63,128 nt of DNA from a virus (IMGVR_UViG_3300005588_000038:1-63128); one strand, 5' to 3'. Shown: positions 47,339 to 56,866, counted from the first letter of the stretch. Numbers and translations are program-made. The notes: a model not told the origin generated them from the letters alone.

Positions 47339-48235
47339 GTGTCCGAGGATCCGCTAATCATCGTAGACCGCCAGAAGAACCCGACACACGCTCTGCGTAA
47401 TCTCTTATCAGGCGGATGTGCGTTTTTGGTTTGCGGAGGCCCGTCTAGTAATCAGCTACCCCTCGAGAAGTTGAATTCTCGAGGGGTATTTTCAATGGCA
47501 GTGAACAACATGGCTGGGCATCGTTCACATCGACCATCTGCGTTTGTGTGCGCAGACCCTCCTCGCAAGTTTCATTCTGGGATTTGGCTGGATCCTGGTA
47601 TTTTGAAATTTCTTCCGATCGTGAAGATGACGAAATCTCGAGGTAGGTTGAGACAGAAAAAAGATGGATCTTTTTCTGATTTAACGGATGAAGCTGCGGC
47701 ACTCCAATTCATCACAGACATGCCTAACGTCTGGGGCTTTGAGCGTAGAAACTGGATGCGTCCAGACGACACGTTTTTTTCAGATGAAGGAGCTGCGTGG
47801 GGCAATCTTAATGCAGGCGTGATGAGAACAGGCGAACCAAAAACTGTGTGTACTATGCTCTTGGCACTTCGATTGCTCTACTATCTAGGCGCTCGGACTA
47901 TTTTCTTGATTGGTGTAGATTTCCACATGGACTCGGCTTTGCCTGAGATTGGAAACTATGCGTTTGAGGAAAAAAGAGATGCAGCAGCGATTTCATCGAA
48001 TAACTCGCAGTACCGAATTGTCAACTCTTGGTTGAGTTCCATGCAGGGCGACGGTGTGTTTTCTCGGGCCGGATTGAGAGTGTTCAATTGTTATGAATAT
48101 TCTGGATTGAGAGCCTTTCCATTTATTCCGTTTCAAGATGCCTTGACGTACGCACTCAGAATGATGCCGCCGCTGCCGTTTGATTTGACCGGGTGGTATA
48201 ATTCTACAGACAAGAAAGACTCCAGCGATGACTGA
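47339..48235 (+). CDS. Maf/DUF115-like (CMP-ulosonate-transferase fold) glycosyltransferase
   Basis: AFLVCGGPS..MAVNN..FVCAD..LALRLLYYLGARTIFLIGVDF..VFNC..S.L..F. Confidence 0.75.
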   Translation: MSEDPLIIVDRQKNPTHALRNLLSGGCAFLVCGGPSSNQLPLEKLNSRGVFSMAVNNMAGHRSHRPSAFVCADPPRKFHSGIWLDPGILKFLPIVKMTKSRGRLRQKKDGSFSDLTDEAAALQFITDMPNVWGFERRNWMRPDDTFFSDEGAAWGNLNAGVMRTGEPKTVCTMLLALRLLYYLGARTIFLIGVDFHMDSALPEIGNYAFEEKRDAAAISSNNSQYRIVNSWLSSMQGDGVFSRAGLRVFNCYEYSGLRAFPFIPFQDALTYALRMMPPLPFDLTGWYNSTDKKDSSDD

Positions 48236-48713
48236 CATTACTCGAGCCTACGACTGGGAAGAAAAAATCTGGGGAAGAACGTGCCGGCAGCCTGTTTCTG
48301 CTCTTAAGGATTCCGAAGAGAGAGCAGGAATCAAGTATTCCTTAGTCATTCAAGAAGGTGGATGTTGCTCGTTCCATTATCATGCAAACCGAAGTAATCG
48401 ATTCGAAGTCACTTCTGGTGTGCTTCGGGTTGTGTGGGCTATCGGTTGGGAATTGTTCCATCGAGACCTCCGAAAAGGCGACTCACTGCTAATTCGAGCA
48501 AACATCCCTCATCAATTTCAGTGCTTACGAGGAGAATCCTACGCAAAAGAAATCTATCTACCAGATGGAGGAGGCGTAGATGTGACTGATATTGTGAGGA
48601 TGACTACAGGCGTGAAGCTGGATTCGAAATCAGAAAGATTTCGGACTCTCGTAGAGCGGCCTTGTGTTGTTTTGGCTGATGGTTCTTTCAGGACACCAAT
48701 CAAAGATGATTGA
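48228..48713 (+). CDS. Cupin (sugar isomerase-like)
   Basis: EKIWG, CSFHYH....F.V.SG, PHQF, DIVR. Confidence 0.8.
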   Translation: MTDITRAYDWEEKIWGRTCRQPVSALKDSEERAGIKYSLVIQEGGCCSFHYHANRSNRFEVTSGVLRVVWAIGWELFHRDLRKGDSLLIRANIPHQFQCLRGESYAKEIYLPDGGGVDVTDIVRMTTGVKLDSKSERFRTLVERPCVVLADGSFRTPIKDD

Positions 48714-49500
48714 GTACACAACTGTTCTTGGTGTCGATAGAAAGCATCTATGCCAACTCAAGCTGGCTTGGCCTAATTGGTGTGAGCAAAAACCGTCGAT
48801 TTTGAAAAATCGATTGGTGATTTTCTACGACGCTGGAGAACCTGTTGATTTGGCTCTTCGTCGAGATATCCTGAAGATCGTCGAAGAACACCCTTTCTTC
48901 ACCTTGATACCGTGGGGCCATGGAACTCAGTACCAAGGGGAAGTCGGATCCCGATGGCATGATCCTCAGCGGCACAAGATGCTCGCTGGATTTGTTCATG
49001 TGCCTGCGGCTTATGTATCGACTCCATATTGGTTGAAGCTCGATCTTGATACGATTGCAGATGGGATGGATGACTGGGTTGATCCAAAATGGTTCGAGAA
49101 CAGTCCTGCGATAATCGCCCATCCATGGGGATACACAAAGCCAGCGAACCAGATGCTTCTACTTGATGAGTGGTCGGTCAGGCATCATCAAGTTCTGTCT
49201 GATGATTTTGTAGAGCCGAGACTCAACTTGGTTCCAAAATCAGAATCATCTGGAATGGTGAAGCACCGCCGTATCATTTCTTGGTGCGGCTTTTTCGATA
49301 CAAATTTCACTCGGCGTGCTGCTTCTTCGGCTGACATTACCGAAGGGTATCGTCAAATCCCAGTACCTTCTCAGGACGGATATCTGTGGTACTATGCAAC
49401 ACGATGTGGACTGCCTGTTCTTCGAGTCAATATGAAGTCTCGTGGCTGGCACCATAAGTCGAATCTGTCTGGAATGAAGCGGGCAATCGAAGAGATTTAA
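48706..49500 (+). CDS. GT-A fold glycosyltransferase-like protein
   Basis: TPYWLKLDLD (DxD), SQD; cluster context. Confidence 0.65.
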   Translation: MIEYTTVLGVDRKHLCQLKLAWPNWCEQKPSILKNRLVIFYDAGEPVDLALRRDILKIVEEHPFFTLIPWGHGTQYQGEVGSRWHDPQRHKMLAGFVHVPAAYVSTPYWLKLDLDTIADGMDDWVDPKWFENSPAIIAHPWGYTKPANQMLLLDEWSVRHHQVLSDDFVEPRLNLVPKSESSGMVKHRRIISWCGFFDTNFTRRAASSADITEGYRQIPVPSQDGYLWYYATRCGLPVLRVNMKSRGWHHKSNLSGMKRAIEEI

Positions 49501-49522
49501 GTTATTAGCAGTAGTGGACGCA

Positions 49523-50191
49523 ATGGGTAAAAATCGATCTGGAAATGCTGTTATTCAGTTCTGCGAAAAGATTGAATGGCAACCGAAAACAGTAATCATC
49601 GCAGGTGTCGGTGTCCGCGGAACAGAAGTAGAGCTGATGCGGCAGGCATGGGATGATTGTGAGATTTACGGTTTTGAGCCGAATCCTCTAACGTACCAAT
49701 CATGGGTGAGACGGGAATCAACTTTTCCTGGGATGTTGATAAACTCAGCTCTTGGAGCCTTCGAGGGTTTAGCGACTCTGCGGTTTCGGCCTCAGCACAA
49801 AGACGGTGGTAGCTTGGCTGGTCTTGCAGAAGGGCCGTCGGCTTCAGCTACAGTCGACGTAGCCACTCTGAATTCTTTCTTTCGAAGATTCGAAAAAGCA
49901 CAGGGCTTAGAAGAATGTCTTCTTTGGCTTGATTGCGAGGGGTCTGAGCATAGAATTCTACAAGGACTCATCGGGGAAGGATTTGAGAAAAAGATACCGG
50001 TTATCAATGTTGAGATGACTGGGATCCCACCAGCAGACGGCTGGGCCGAACCAGTCCAGATCCATACCTGGATGCGGGATTTTGGGTACCACAGGCGGTG
50101 GGTACACACCACCAGAATTAACCGTGCTCAATACGATGCGATCTATGTGAGGAATGATAGGAACTTCAATCCAAGGATTCGAATGTGGTGA
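49523..50191 (+). CDS. FkbM-family methyltransferase
   Basis: YGFEPNP, ALG, LLWLDCEGSEHRILQG. Confidence 0.88.
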   Translation: MGKNRSGNAVIQFCEKIEWQPKTVIIAGVGVRGTEVELMRQAWDDCEIYGFEPNPLTYQSWVRRESTFPGMLINSALGAFEGLATLRFRPQHKDGGSLAGLAEGPSASATVDVATLNSFFRRFEKAQGLEECLLWLDCEGSEHRILQGLIGEGFEKKIPVINVEMTGIPPADGWAEPVQIHTWMRDFGYHRRWVHTTRINRAQYDAIYVRNDRNFNPRIRMW

Positions 50192-51090
50192 TGGTAGAAG
50201 ACAAACCGACAGTCTCGGTCAATTATCTCATGAGCGGGCCTGCTCATCTGCCGTATTTGGTTGTGAGTTTGTTCACTCTTCGGAGATGGTGGGATGGTCC
50301 GATTCGGCTTCATGCTTGGGATGAGTCTATCGACATCGTTGATAAGATTGCCGAAGACAAACGATTGAGCATAACCAAAGTACATCGTCGAGAACCTGAG
50401 CTACGACGAAAAGATGGAATGGGCGGCAACTCGCAGTTCGCTGATAAAATCCGAATGATGCAGGGAGTTCCAGATACTGCTGCGATCTACCTTGATGCAG
50501 ACACCATGGTCACAGGTAGCTTGTCTGATTTGGTTATTCCGTTAATCGAAGATGGTATCGAAGAATTCGCAGGGACACAGTTCAACAATTGGCGCACCAA
50601 TTCAGGAGTCGTGAAAAAGCGTATCCAGAGACTTGAAGGTCGGCAATCGGTTAACCAAAAAGCAGTAGAATTGCTGCTGAATAACCCAATGCCTTCTGTC
50701 AATGGTGGTGTGTTTTCGTGTTATCCTCGGACCGAGCTTCTTGCTAAGTGGTATGAGTGGACGTGTGATTGCCGGGATCTCTTTATTGCCGACGAGACGG
50801 TACTCCACGCTGTCATGGCTGAGAGTTTCCAGACAAAATTCGGCATCGTAGCAGAAGGCACACACAACTCATCCCCGAGACACTCTCAGCTTCATCCGAA
50901 TCAAGTCCATGTCTGGCATTTCCACGGCGATTCGAATGTTCGGCCGAACAAGAGTCCAAGAGGAGTAGATCTGTGGTGGCCGGTTTATCAGCAATGCCTG
51001 AAATGGAACATCGGCTACATCAATAACTGGAAAGATTCTTGCCGAAACAAGTGGATTCCAAAATTAGAAGAGGCGATGACCAATGGGTGA
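50185..51090 (+). CDS. GT8-like glycosyltransferase
   Basis: IYLDADT, NGGVF, DE..L, WHFHG. Confidence 0.8.
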   Translation: MVMVEDKPTVSVNYLMSGPAHLPYLVVSLFTLRRWWDGPIRLHAWDESIDIVDKIAEDKRLSITKVHRREPELRRKDGMGGNSQFADKIRMMQGVPDTAAIYLDADTMVTGSLSDLVIPLIEDGIEEFAGTQFNNWRTNSGVVKKRIQRLEGRQSVNQKAVELLLNNPMPSVNGGVFSCYPRTELLAKWYEWTCDCRDLFIADETVLHAVMAESFQTKFGIVAEGTHNSSPRHSQLHPNQVHVWHFHGDSNVRPNKSPRGVDLWWPVYQQCLKWNIGYINNWKDSCRNKWIPKLEEAMTNG

Positions 51091-51787
51091 GCGTGCCACA
51101 AAGAATCCTGCATTTGATGCACTTCCGCACGAAAAGAACATTCCTGTCAATAAGACAGGTTGCAAGTTTACTCGGAGATGGTTCGAGCACCGCAACCAGA
51201 AGACTTGGTCGACTTTCTTGCTGGACAAGTTCAGCAGCAAAGAACCAGTCAACATGATTCAGATTGGGGTGTTCGAAGGCATGGATCTGCTGTGGTGTCT
51301 TCAGAATTTCTTAGGGCATGCCAGAAGTCGTGTGCTGGCTGTTGATCCGTGGGCGGCTACAAGAAAACTTGACGATGAAAAGATGGCTGCTGTCGAAGAA
51401 AGGGCTCGAGCCAATCTGGCTTCCTACGGAAAGAAAGTTGAGCTCGTTAAAGGTTACAGTGCTGAAGTTTTGAAGCAGTCTCTCGAGCAGACGGAAAGAG
51501 TCAAAGGGAAGTTGATTGAACCTGGGCAGTGGGATTTGGTTATTGTTGATGGTGATCACACAGACTTAGCTGTCTTGGCTGATGCACGACTAGCTCTACA
51601 GTTGGTGCGGTCAGGCGGTTGGATTGTCTTTGACGATGTCCGAAATGCACACCCAAAGAAAAATCACGTCTACGACGGACTTGAGATTTTCTTGTCACAA
51701 AGAGGACATGAAGTCAAAGAAGTTTGGCGGCATCGATACTGCAACTGCTACGAAAAACTTACCACCGAGGAGATCGAGTCAGAATGA
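51083..51787 (+). CDS. Methyltransferase (Methyltransf_24-like)
   Basis: QIGVFEG, VDPW, DLVIVDGDH, GGWIVFDD. Confidence 0.88.
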   Translation: MGERATKNPAFDALPHEKNIPVNKTGCKFTRRWFEHRNQKTWSTFLLDKFSSKEPVNMIQIGVFEGMDLLWCLQNFLGHARSRVLAVDPWAATRKLDDEKMAAVEERARANLASYGKKVELVKGYSAEVLKQSLEQTERVKGKLIEPGQWDLVIVDGDHTDLAVLADARLALQLVRSGGWIVFDDVRNAHPKKNHVYDGLEIFLSQRGHEVKEVWRHRYCNCYEKLTTEEIESE

Positions 51788-52338
51788 TCAATTACGAAAA
51801 ATTCCAGTTCGCATCTCCTCCTCGAACCGGAACATCTTGGTTCATCAATCTTTGTGCCCAGGCTCAGATTGGAGCCGGTAATCCCGCCAAACATCTACCT
51901 CCACCGCCGACTTGGAAGAACGGCTGGGTGCTGTCTATCGTGCGGCATCCAGTTGATTGGGCGGTATCTATGTATTTTGCACTTCGTGGGGGAATGATTG
52001 CAGTTCCGGAAGTCGATGCTGTCAGTGCTGTGGCTCGGGAGTCCAGTGACATTCAGATTTTCTTGGAGAAGCTCTCAAAATCACCAGGCATTATTGAGAC
52101 GGCTTTTGCTGCGTACCGAGCTGATTCAGTGATTCGGCTCGAAGATGTGCCTTGGGCGGCGATCGAGTTTTTGGTGTCGATGGGGTATTCAGAAAAAACC
52201 CTCAAAGCAATACCAAATCTCAATGAACCGAAAAATCGACTCAATCCAAAGGTACGTGCAGACGTACCAAAAGAACTCCGGAAGGCTGTAATTCAATCAG
52301 AATTAGCCTTTTGTGAAAGGTACGAGTATTTCTACTAG
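51784..52338 (+). CDS. Sulfotransferase-like protein
   Basis: SPPRTGTSW, IVRHPVDWAVS.Y, IRLED. Confidence 0.75.
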   Translation: MINYEKFQFASPPRTGTSWFINLCAQAQIGAGNPAKHLPPPPTWKNGWVLSIVRHPVDWAVSMYFALRGGMIAVPEVDAVSAVARESSDIQIFLEKLSKSPGIIETAFAAYRADSVIRLEDVPWAAIEFLVSMGYSEKTLKAIPNLNEPKNRLNPKVRADVPKELRKAVIQSELAFCERYEYFY

Positions 52339-52347
52339 AGGCCGAAA

Positions 52348-53085
52348 ATGCCAGCAGCCAGACGCATCTACATTCCAGCAAGGATGGACTCTAAACGATT
52401 TCCCGGTAAGCCGTTGGTCGATATTGCTGGCAAGCCTCTTCTTCGAAGGACCTACGACACGGCTCTGCTCTGTGGAGCAGACTCCATTCATGTGGTAACT
52501 CCTGATAAGGAGATCGAAGAGTACTGCCGAAGAAATGGCATACCAGTATTCTTTGATGATACTCAGCAGCACGCAAATGGCACGTCTCGAGTGATGGCAG
52601 CCGCTGCTAAGTTACATGCCGGTCCATCCGGAGTAGCTCCTGACGTTGTCATCAATTGGCAAGTCGATGAACCGTTGATCAATGCGTTTGATGTGCAAAG
52701 AATGATGGAGTCGAATTCTCATGTGATTTCGACTTTGGTGGCAGATAGACCATCTATATTCAATCCTGCATCATTGGTCACGGTTAGGGTTTCTAGAGGC
52801 TATTGCCGATGGTTTTCTAGGGTACCACCAGCTAATGATGCTCCGCAGCCTCTTGCTCACATCGGAATATATCGATTTTCTCGATGCATACCTAATCTCG
52901 GGGAAATAGACGACTGCCCTTGGGCCCAGCATGAGGACCTTGAGCAGCTTGCCTGGATTGAAAAAGGCTGGACGATTGAAGCTATTCAGTCCAAAGACGA
53001 ATTTCCACCGCCATCAGTAAACACGCCAGAAGATGCTTCTGTGGTTTCTAGAATCTACGAAGAAGAAAATGATACTTGGCGTTGA
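52348..53085 (+). CDS. kdsB: CMP-Kdo synthetase-like cytidylyltransferase
   Basis: IPARMDSKRFPGKPL, GT.R, INWQVDEP, FSR, HIGIY, E.LEQL, SVNTPED. Confidence 0.88.
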   Translation: MPAARRIYIPARMDSKRFPGKPLVDIAGKPLLRRTYDTALLCGADSIHVVTPDKEIEEYCRRNGIPVFFDDTQQHANGTSRVMAAAAKLHAGPSGVAPDVVINWQVDEPLINAFDVQRMMESNSHVISTLVADRPSIFNPASLVTVRVSRGYCRWFSRVPPANDAPQPLAHIGIYRFSRCIPNLGEIDDCPWAQHEDLEQLAWIEKGWTIEAIQSKDEFPPPSVNTPEDASVVSRIYEEENDTWR

Positions 53086-53100
53086 GTCGAAAGACCGGTA

Positions 53101-53676
53101 ATGGCTGTACCGCAGACCCTTGAAAAGTTGATTCGTAATCTGATAGGTGAACCAAGTACAGGCGCTGAGATTGGTGTCTGGAAAGGAGAGACTTCTGCCT
53201 ATCTCCTTGAATCTTTTTCTGAGCTACAGATGGCTTTGATTGATCCATGGAAGGAATGGGACGAATCGTCATCGTATGCCAAGAGGCACCAACGAACTGG
53301 TAGATTAGTGGATTCGGAGTGGTCCAGTGTATACGACGAGTGTCTAAGTAGACTTGGGACCTATCTGCCTCGTCTGCGAGTCTATCAGATGGAATCAGAA
53401 CAGGCAGCGAAGCTGCAATGGCGGCCGTTCGACTTTGTCTTCATCGATGCAAACCACACCTATGAATCTGTCAAGCAGGACATCAGTTTATGGATGCCGC
53501 TGACGACAAAATTGATCTGCGGACATGACTACGGTGGAACCTATCGTGGGGTGAAGAAGGCAGTTCTTGAGTTCTTTGATGAAAAAGACGTCATCGCCCC
53601 AGGGGATAGAATTTGGGCCGTTTTACTCCAATCTGAGCCTGGTTTGTTTCGGTCTTCTTCTGAGATTTCTGATTAG
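53101..53676 (+). CDS. Methyltransferase (Methyltransf_24-like)
   Basis: GAEIGVWKG, IDPW, FDFVFIDANHTYESV, GHDY. Confidence 0.9.
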   Translation: MAVPQTLEKLIRNLIGEPSTGAEIGVWKGETSAYLLESFSELQMALIDPWKEWDESSSYAKRHQRTGRLVDSEWSSVYDECLSRLGTYLPRLRVYQMESEQAAKLQWRPFDFVFIDANHTYESVKQDISLWMPLTTKLICGHDYGGTYRGVKKAVLEFFDEKDVIAPGDRIWAVLLQSEPGLFRSSSEISD

Positions 53677-53727
53677 CAGAATTTGTCACTCAGTAATTCT
53701 GCGTCACCACAAATCAGAAATCTAATT

Positions 53728-53772
53728 AGATGGCAGTGTGCTGTCCTGCGGTACTCTGCCATCTTTTTCTTT
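53728..53772 (+). terminator. Intrinsic terminator preceded by a second long hairpin
   Basis: agatggcag/ctgccatct + ttttcttt; upstream agatttctgatt/aatcagaaatct (53663-53723). Confidence 0.7.
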
Positions 53773-53802
53773 GGTGTACACAGCAACGGAGGAGCAGTTT
53801 AG

Positions 53803-54573
53803 ATGAGTACCTATCGACCTTCTTTGGAGATCGTTACACACTGCTGGAGCGGAGAAGAGGTTTCCGTCTATCATAATCTACTCGCCATGCAACTGACTAG
53901 TCTGTATCTTGAAGCCGACACATCCAAGATACAAGCGTCGATCACCGTGTGTGCGTCGTCTGCAGACCACCGCACTATCGAGGTCATTGAGTTCTTTTCT
54001 GATTTGTTTTATCTAGGGAAGCCTGATTTCGAAGTCCGTTTGTGCGCACTCCTTCCAGAAAAGTTGTTCCGGAGGGCTATCGGCAGAAATCAAATCACAA
54101 AAACCACCGCAGCTGATGTTGTTTGGTTTACCGACTGTGACTATCTATTCTACGGTGACAGTTTGCGGCGTGCGGTGGTTGCGTGCATGAATGCAGCAGT
54201 GCCTATGGTGTACCCGCAGCAGGTGCGCACGCACCGGACACATGCCTTAGGCGACCAATCGATCGAAGAGGCATCTAAGACAAGACTCTACCTTCCTCGG
54301 CAAGAAGATTTCTATCTACGAAAAATGAGTCGACCGATTGGAGGTATTCAGATTGTAAAAGGTTCGTGGTGTCGGGAGAAAGGGTATCTCGATAGTTCTG
54401 GATGGACTGAACCAGTGCAGTCAGATCATTTTCTGCAGTGTCGGTGTGATGTTGCTTTTCGTCGGCAAGCAGGAATGGACTCGGCTTCCAGAGATATTCC
54501 TGATGTGTATCGAGTGCGGCATTCTCGATGCGGCAGGGACTGCGGAAAAATCAATCATGGAGATAAAGAATGA
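53803..54573 (+). CDS. GT2/GT7-like glycosyltransferase
   Basis: RAIGRN...ADVVWFTDCD, IGGIQ, H near C-terminus; GGAGG RBS. Confidence 0.75.
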   Translation: MSTYRPSLEIVTHCWSGEEVSVYHNLLAMQLTSLYLEADTSKIQASITVCASSADHRTIEVIEFFSDLFYLGKPDFEVRLCALLPEKLFRRAIGRNQITKTTAADVVWFTDCDYLFYGDSLRRAVVACMNAAVPMVYPQQVRTHRTHALGDQSIEEASKTRLYLPRQEDFYLRKMSRPIGGIQIVKGSWCREKGYLDSSGWTEPVQSDHFLQCRCDVAFRRQAGMDSASRDIPDVYRVRHSRCGRDCGKINHGDKE

Positions 54574-54869
54574 AGTGGATTAAGACTCTGTGGGTTCGGT
54601 GTCTTTTGTGGGCGGTGGAGCAGGCAGAGGAAGCCAAAAAAGAATGCGAGCCGGATGACTTGCTCGAAGTCCGGTGTGTCGGAGATTTAAGTAAAAGAGA
54701 AAAAGTGCAACCGATTTTGGTAGGTGGTATTGGATTGCTGAGGTGCCGAAGAGAGGATGGAACTGAGCGATTAATTCGCCGGTCGCAGGCCATTGACTCT
54801 GCTGCGTTTGATCAGTGGGTTCATCATTTAGGTGGAGTGCCTGAGTGCCGCTGGGAAGGTACTCAATAA
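54570..54869 (+). CDS. Hypothetical protein
   Basis: ATGA overlap, GGAG RBS. Confidence 0.6.
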   Translation: MKWIKTLWVRCLLWAVEQAEEAKKECEPDDLLEVRCVGDLSKREKVQPILVGGIGLLRCRREDGTERLIRRSQAIDSAAFDQWVHHLGGVPECRWEGTQ

Positions 54870-54893
54870 AAATTTGAATTTTACGGTTTTGGG

Positions 54894-54922
54894 TTGTACC
54901 TGCGGTAGGCTGCTGCTACCTT
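54894..54922 (+). promoter_or_regulatory. sigma70-like promoter TTGTAC-N17-TACCTT with extended -10
   Basis: Shares GCTGCTAC with early promoters; AT-rich upstream. Confidence 0.55.
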
Positions 54923-54974
54923 GCGTGATGTTACGGATGTTACATCGATAGCCTTTAGCTCAGTGGGGTGCAGC

Positions 54975-55484
54975 ATGGCCGATGAATCAACAGCGGAAGC
55001 GTACGAGAGGCACGAAGGTTTCCTCAAAGCAGTATGTCGGCAGTTTGTCACACAACGTGGTGGAGACTTTGATGAGGCACTCGGCGAAGCTCGTTTGAAG
55101 TTCTTGGAGGTTTGGAGGACTTTCGACCCAGATTTAGGTATTCCTTTTGAGGGATATCTAAAGGTGTGTGTTACTCGGCGGCTTCGGGATTTGAGAAATG
55201 CAGAGCTTCGCCGAAAAAGGGTGTGGGGTACCAGTTGCACACAACCAGCCACTGAAACAGGCTTGACTATCGCGGATATGGCTGAGGACTACCGCTCGTC
55301 AGAGTTTTTCGATGCGGTCGCTTTTTGTGCTGGGTTTGAGAGCAGGTTGACCCAGACCAGCAAATCAGCAACGATGCTGAAACGCCGATTGCTTGAGGTG
55401 CTGGTTCAGTCTAAGGTGCCTCTCGATTCTGCTGGCTGCCTGCTTGCAGCCGTTCAACCTTTACTGGCTGCTCGAGGTCTTTGA
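54975..55484 (+). CDS. Sigma-70 region 2-like transcription factor
   Basis: DFDEALGEARLKFLEVWRTFDP..G.PF..Y....V...LRD. Confidence 0.75.
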   Translation: MADESTAEAYERHEGFLKAVCRQFVTQRGGDFDEALGEARLKFLEVWRTFDPDLGIPFEGYLKVCVTRRLRDLRNAELRRKRVWGTSCTQPATETGLTIADMAEDYRSSEFFDAVAFCAGFESRLTQTSKSATMLKRRLLEVLVQSKVPLDSAGCLLAAVQPLLAARGL

Positions 55485-56866
55485 TGCACGTATGTTCTTC
55501 GGTGGAATTGCTGGACTACCAATCCGAGGGAGTCGAGCTGATCAGTGAGTACGGCGGACGAGTGCTTCTTGCTGATGAGATGGGGCTCGGTAAGACCGTC
55601 CAGGCTCTGGTGGCGGTTGCGCGTAATCCTGATTGGCAGCCAGTTCTCGTAGTGTGTCCCGCGTCCGTGAAATACCACTGGGCTCGAGAAACGCTAAAAT
55701 TCACAGGAGTGCGTCCTCGGATCTGCGAAGGACAGAAACCACCAGATGTGCAAGATTTTCTTTGGCATTTGCCGGCTGTTGTTGTCATCAATTATGACAT
55801 CTTGGATTACTGGGTTCCGCTCCTCAAAAAGGTGAAATTCCAGACAGTAGTGTTTGATGAGTGCCAATCACTGCAGAATCCAAAGGCAAAGCGAACCAAA
55901 GCCGCCCGAAAATTATGCCGCTCAGTCAGTCAAATTCTAGGACTAAGCGGAACTCCACTGAACAATCGCCCAAGAGAGCTCTGGTCCATTTTGAATCTTT
56001 TATGGCCATCGGAGTTCCCGAATCTTTCATCGTACCAGATGTCCTATTGCGGTCCTAGGCTTCGTCCTTGGGGCTGGGACTACAATGGATCATCAAATCT
56101 AAAAGAGTTGAATCAGCGTTTGGTTTCTCTTGGGATGGTACGGCGGCGAAAAGCAGACGTACTTAAATCTCTGCCGCCTAAAACCAGGAGAATGCTTCCT
56201 CTTGATCTGACTGATAGAGAAGAGTACAAGCAAGCTTCGACAGATTTTCTGGGTTGGATGAAGAAAACTCACCCAGAAAAAGAGAAGAAAGCCAAAAAAG
56301 CGGAGCAGGTTGTCAAAGTCGGGTACTTGATTCGTCTAGCTGCTCGGTTGAAGATGAAAGCAGCCGTCGAGTGGATTAATCAGTTTCTTATTGAAACTGA
56401 TGAAAAGATCATCCTCTTTGGAGTGCACAAAAAAGCCCTGGACGTGCTTCAAAGAAGAGTCAAAGGCAAATCAGTTCGGGTCGACGGCGGCGTAACAGGT
56501 AAGCATCGCCAGGCTGCAGTTGATCAATTTCAGATGGATGAAAAAACTCGGGTGTTCATCGGTAACATCAAAGCAGCTGGTGTCGGTTTGAATCTAACTG
56601 CTGCGTCAACTGTTGGGTTTGTCGAACTAGGATGGAGACCGGCGGACTTACTTCAGGCTGAAAACCGGCCGCACCGAGTTGGTCAGATTAATCCAGTGAC
56701 AGTGTGGTATTTGGTTGCAGGTGGTACGATTGAAGAGAAGCTGTGCAAACTACACCAAAAGAAGCAAACGACTATCGATTCAATTTTAGACGGAGAGGCG
56801 GTAGTCGATAGCTTTGATCTGTACGATGAGCTCATTGCTGAGCTGGAAAAGAAAGTGCAATCGTGA
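55484..56866 (+). CDS. SNF2/HARP-like helicase
   Basis: LADEMGLGKT, CPAS, DECQ, LSGTP, GVGLNLTAA, QAENRPHRVGQ. Confidence 0.95.
   Translation: MHVCSSVELLDYQSEGVELISEYGGRVLLADEMGLGKTVQALVAVARNPDWQPVLVVCPASVKYHWARETLKFTGVRPRICEGQKPPDVQDFLWHLPAVVVINYDILDYWVPLLKKVKFQTVVFDECQSLQNPKAKRTKAARKLCRSVSQILGLSGTPLNNRPRELWSILNLLWPSEFPNLSSYQMSYCGPRLRPWGWDYNGSSNLKELNQRLVSLGMVRRRKADVLKSLPPKTRRMLPLDLTDREEYKQASTDFLGWMKKTHPEKEKKAKKAEQVVKVGYLIRLAARLKMKAAVEWINQFLIETDEKIILFGVHKKALDVLQRRVKGKSVRVDGGVTGKHRQAAVDQFQMDEKTRVFIGNIKAAGVGLNLTAASTVGFVELGWRPADLLQAENRPHRVGQINPVTVWYLVAGGTIEEKLCKLHQKKQTTIDSILDGEAVVDSFDLYDELIAELEKKVQS

Noticed and set aside
43224-54573. Cluster as a DNA hypermodification pathway
   Set aside because: No recognisable hydroxymethylase, TET/JBP, thymidylate synthase or nucleotide kinase in the window, and the cluster is coupled to late tail genes; disfavoured but not excluded because the genome is partial
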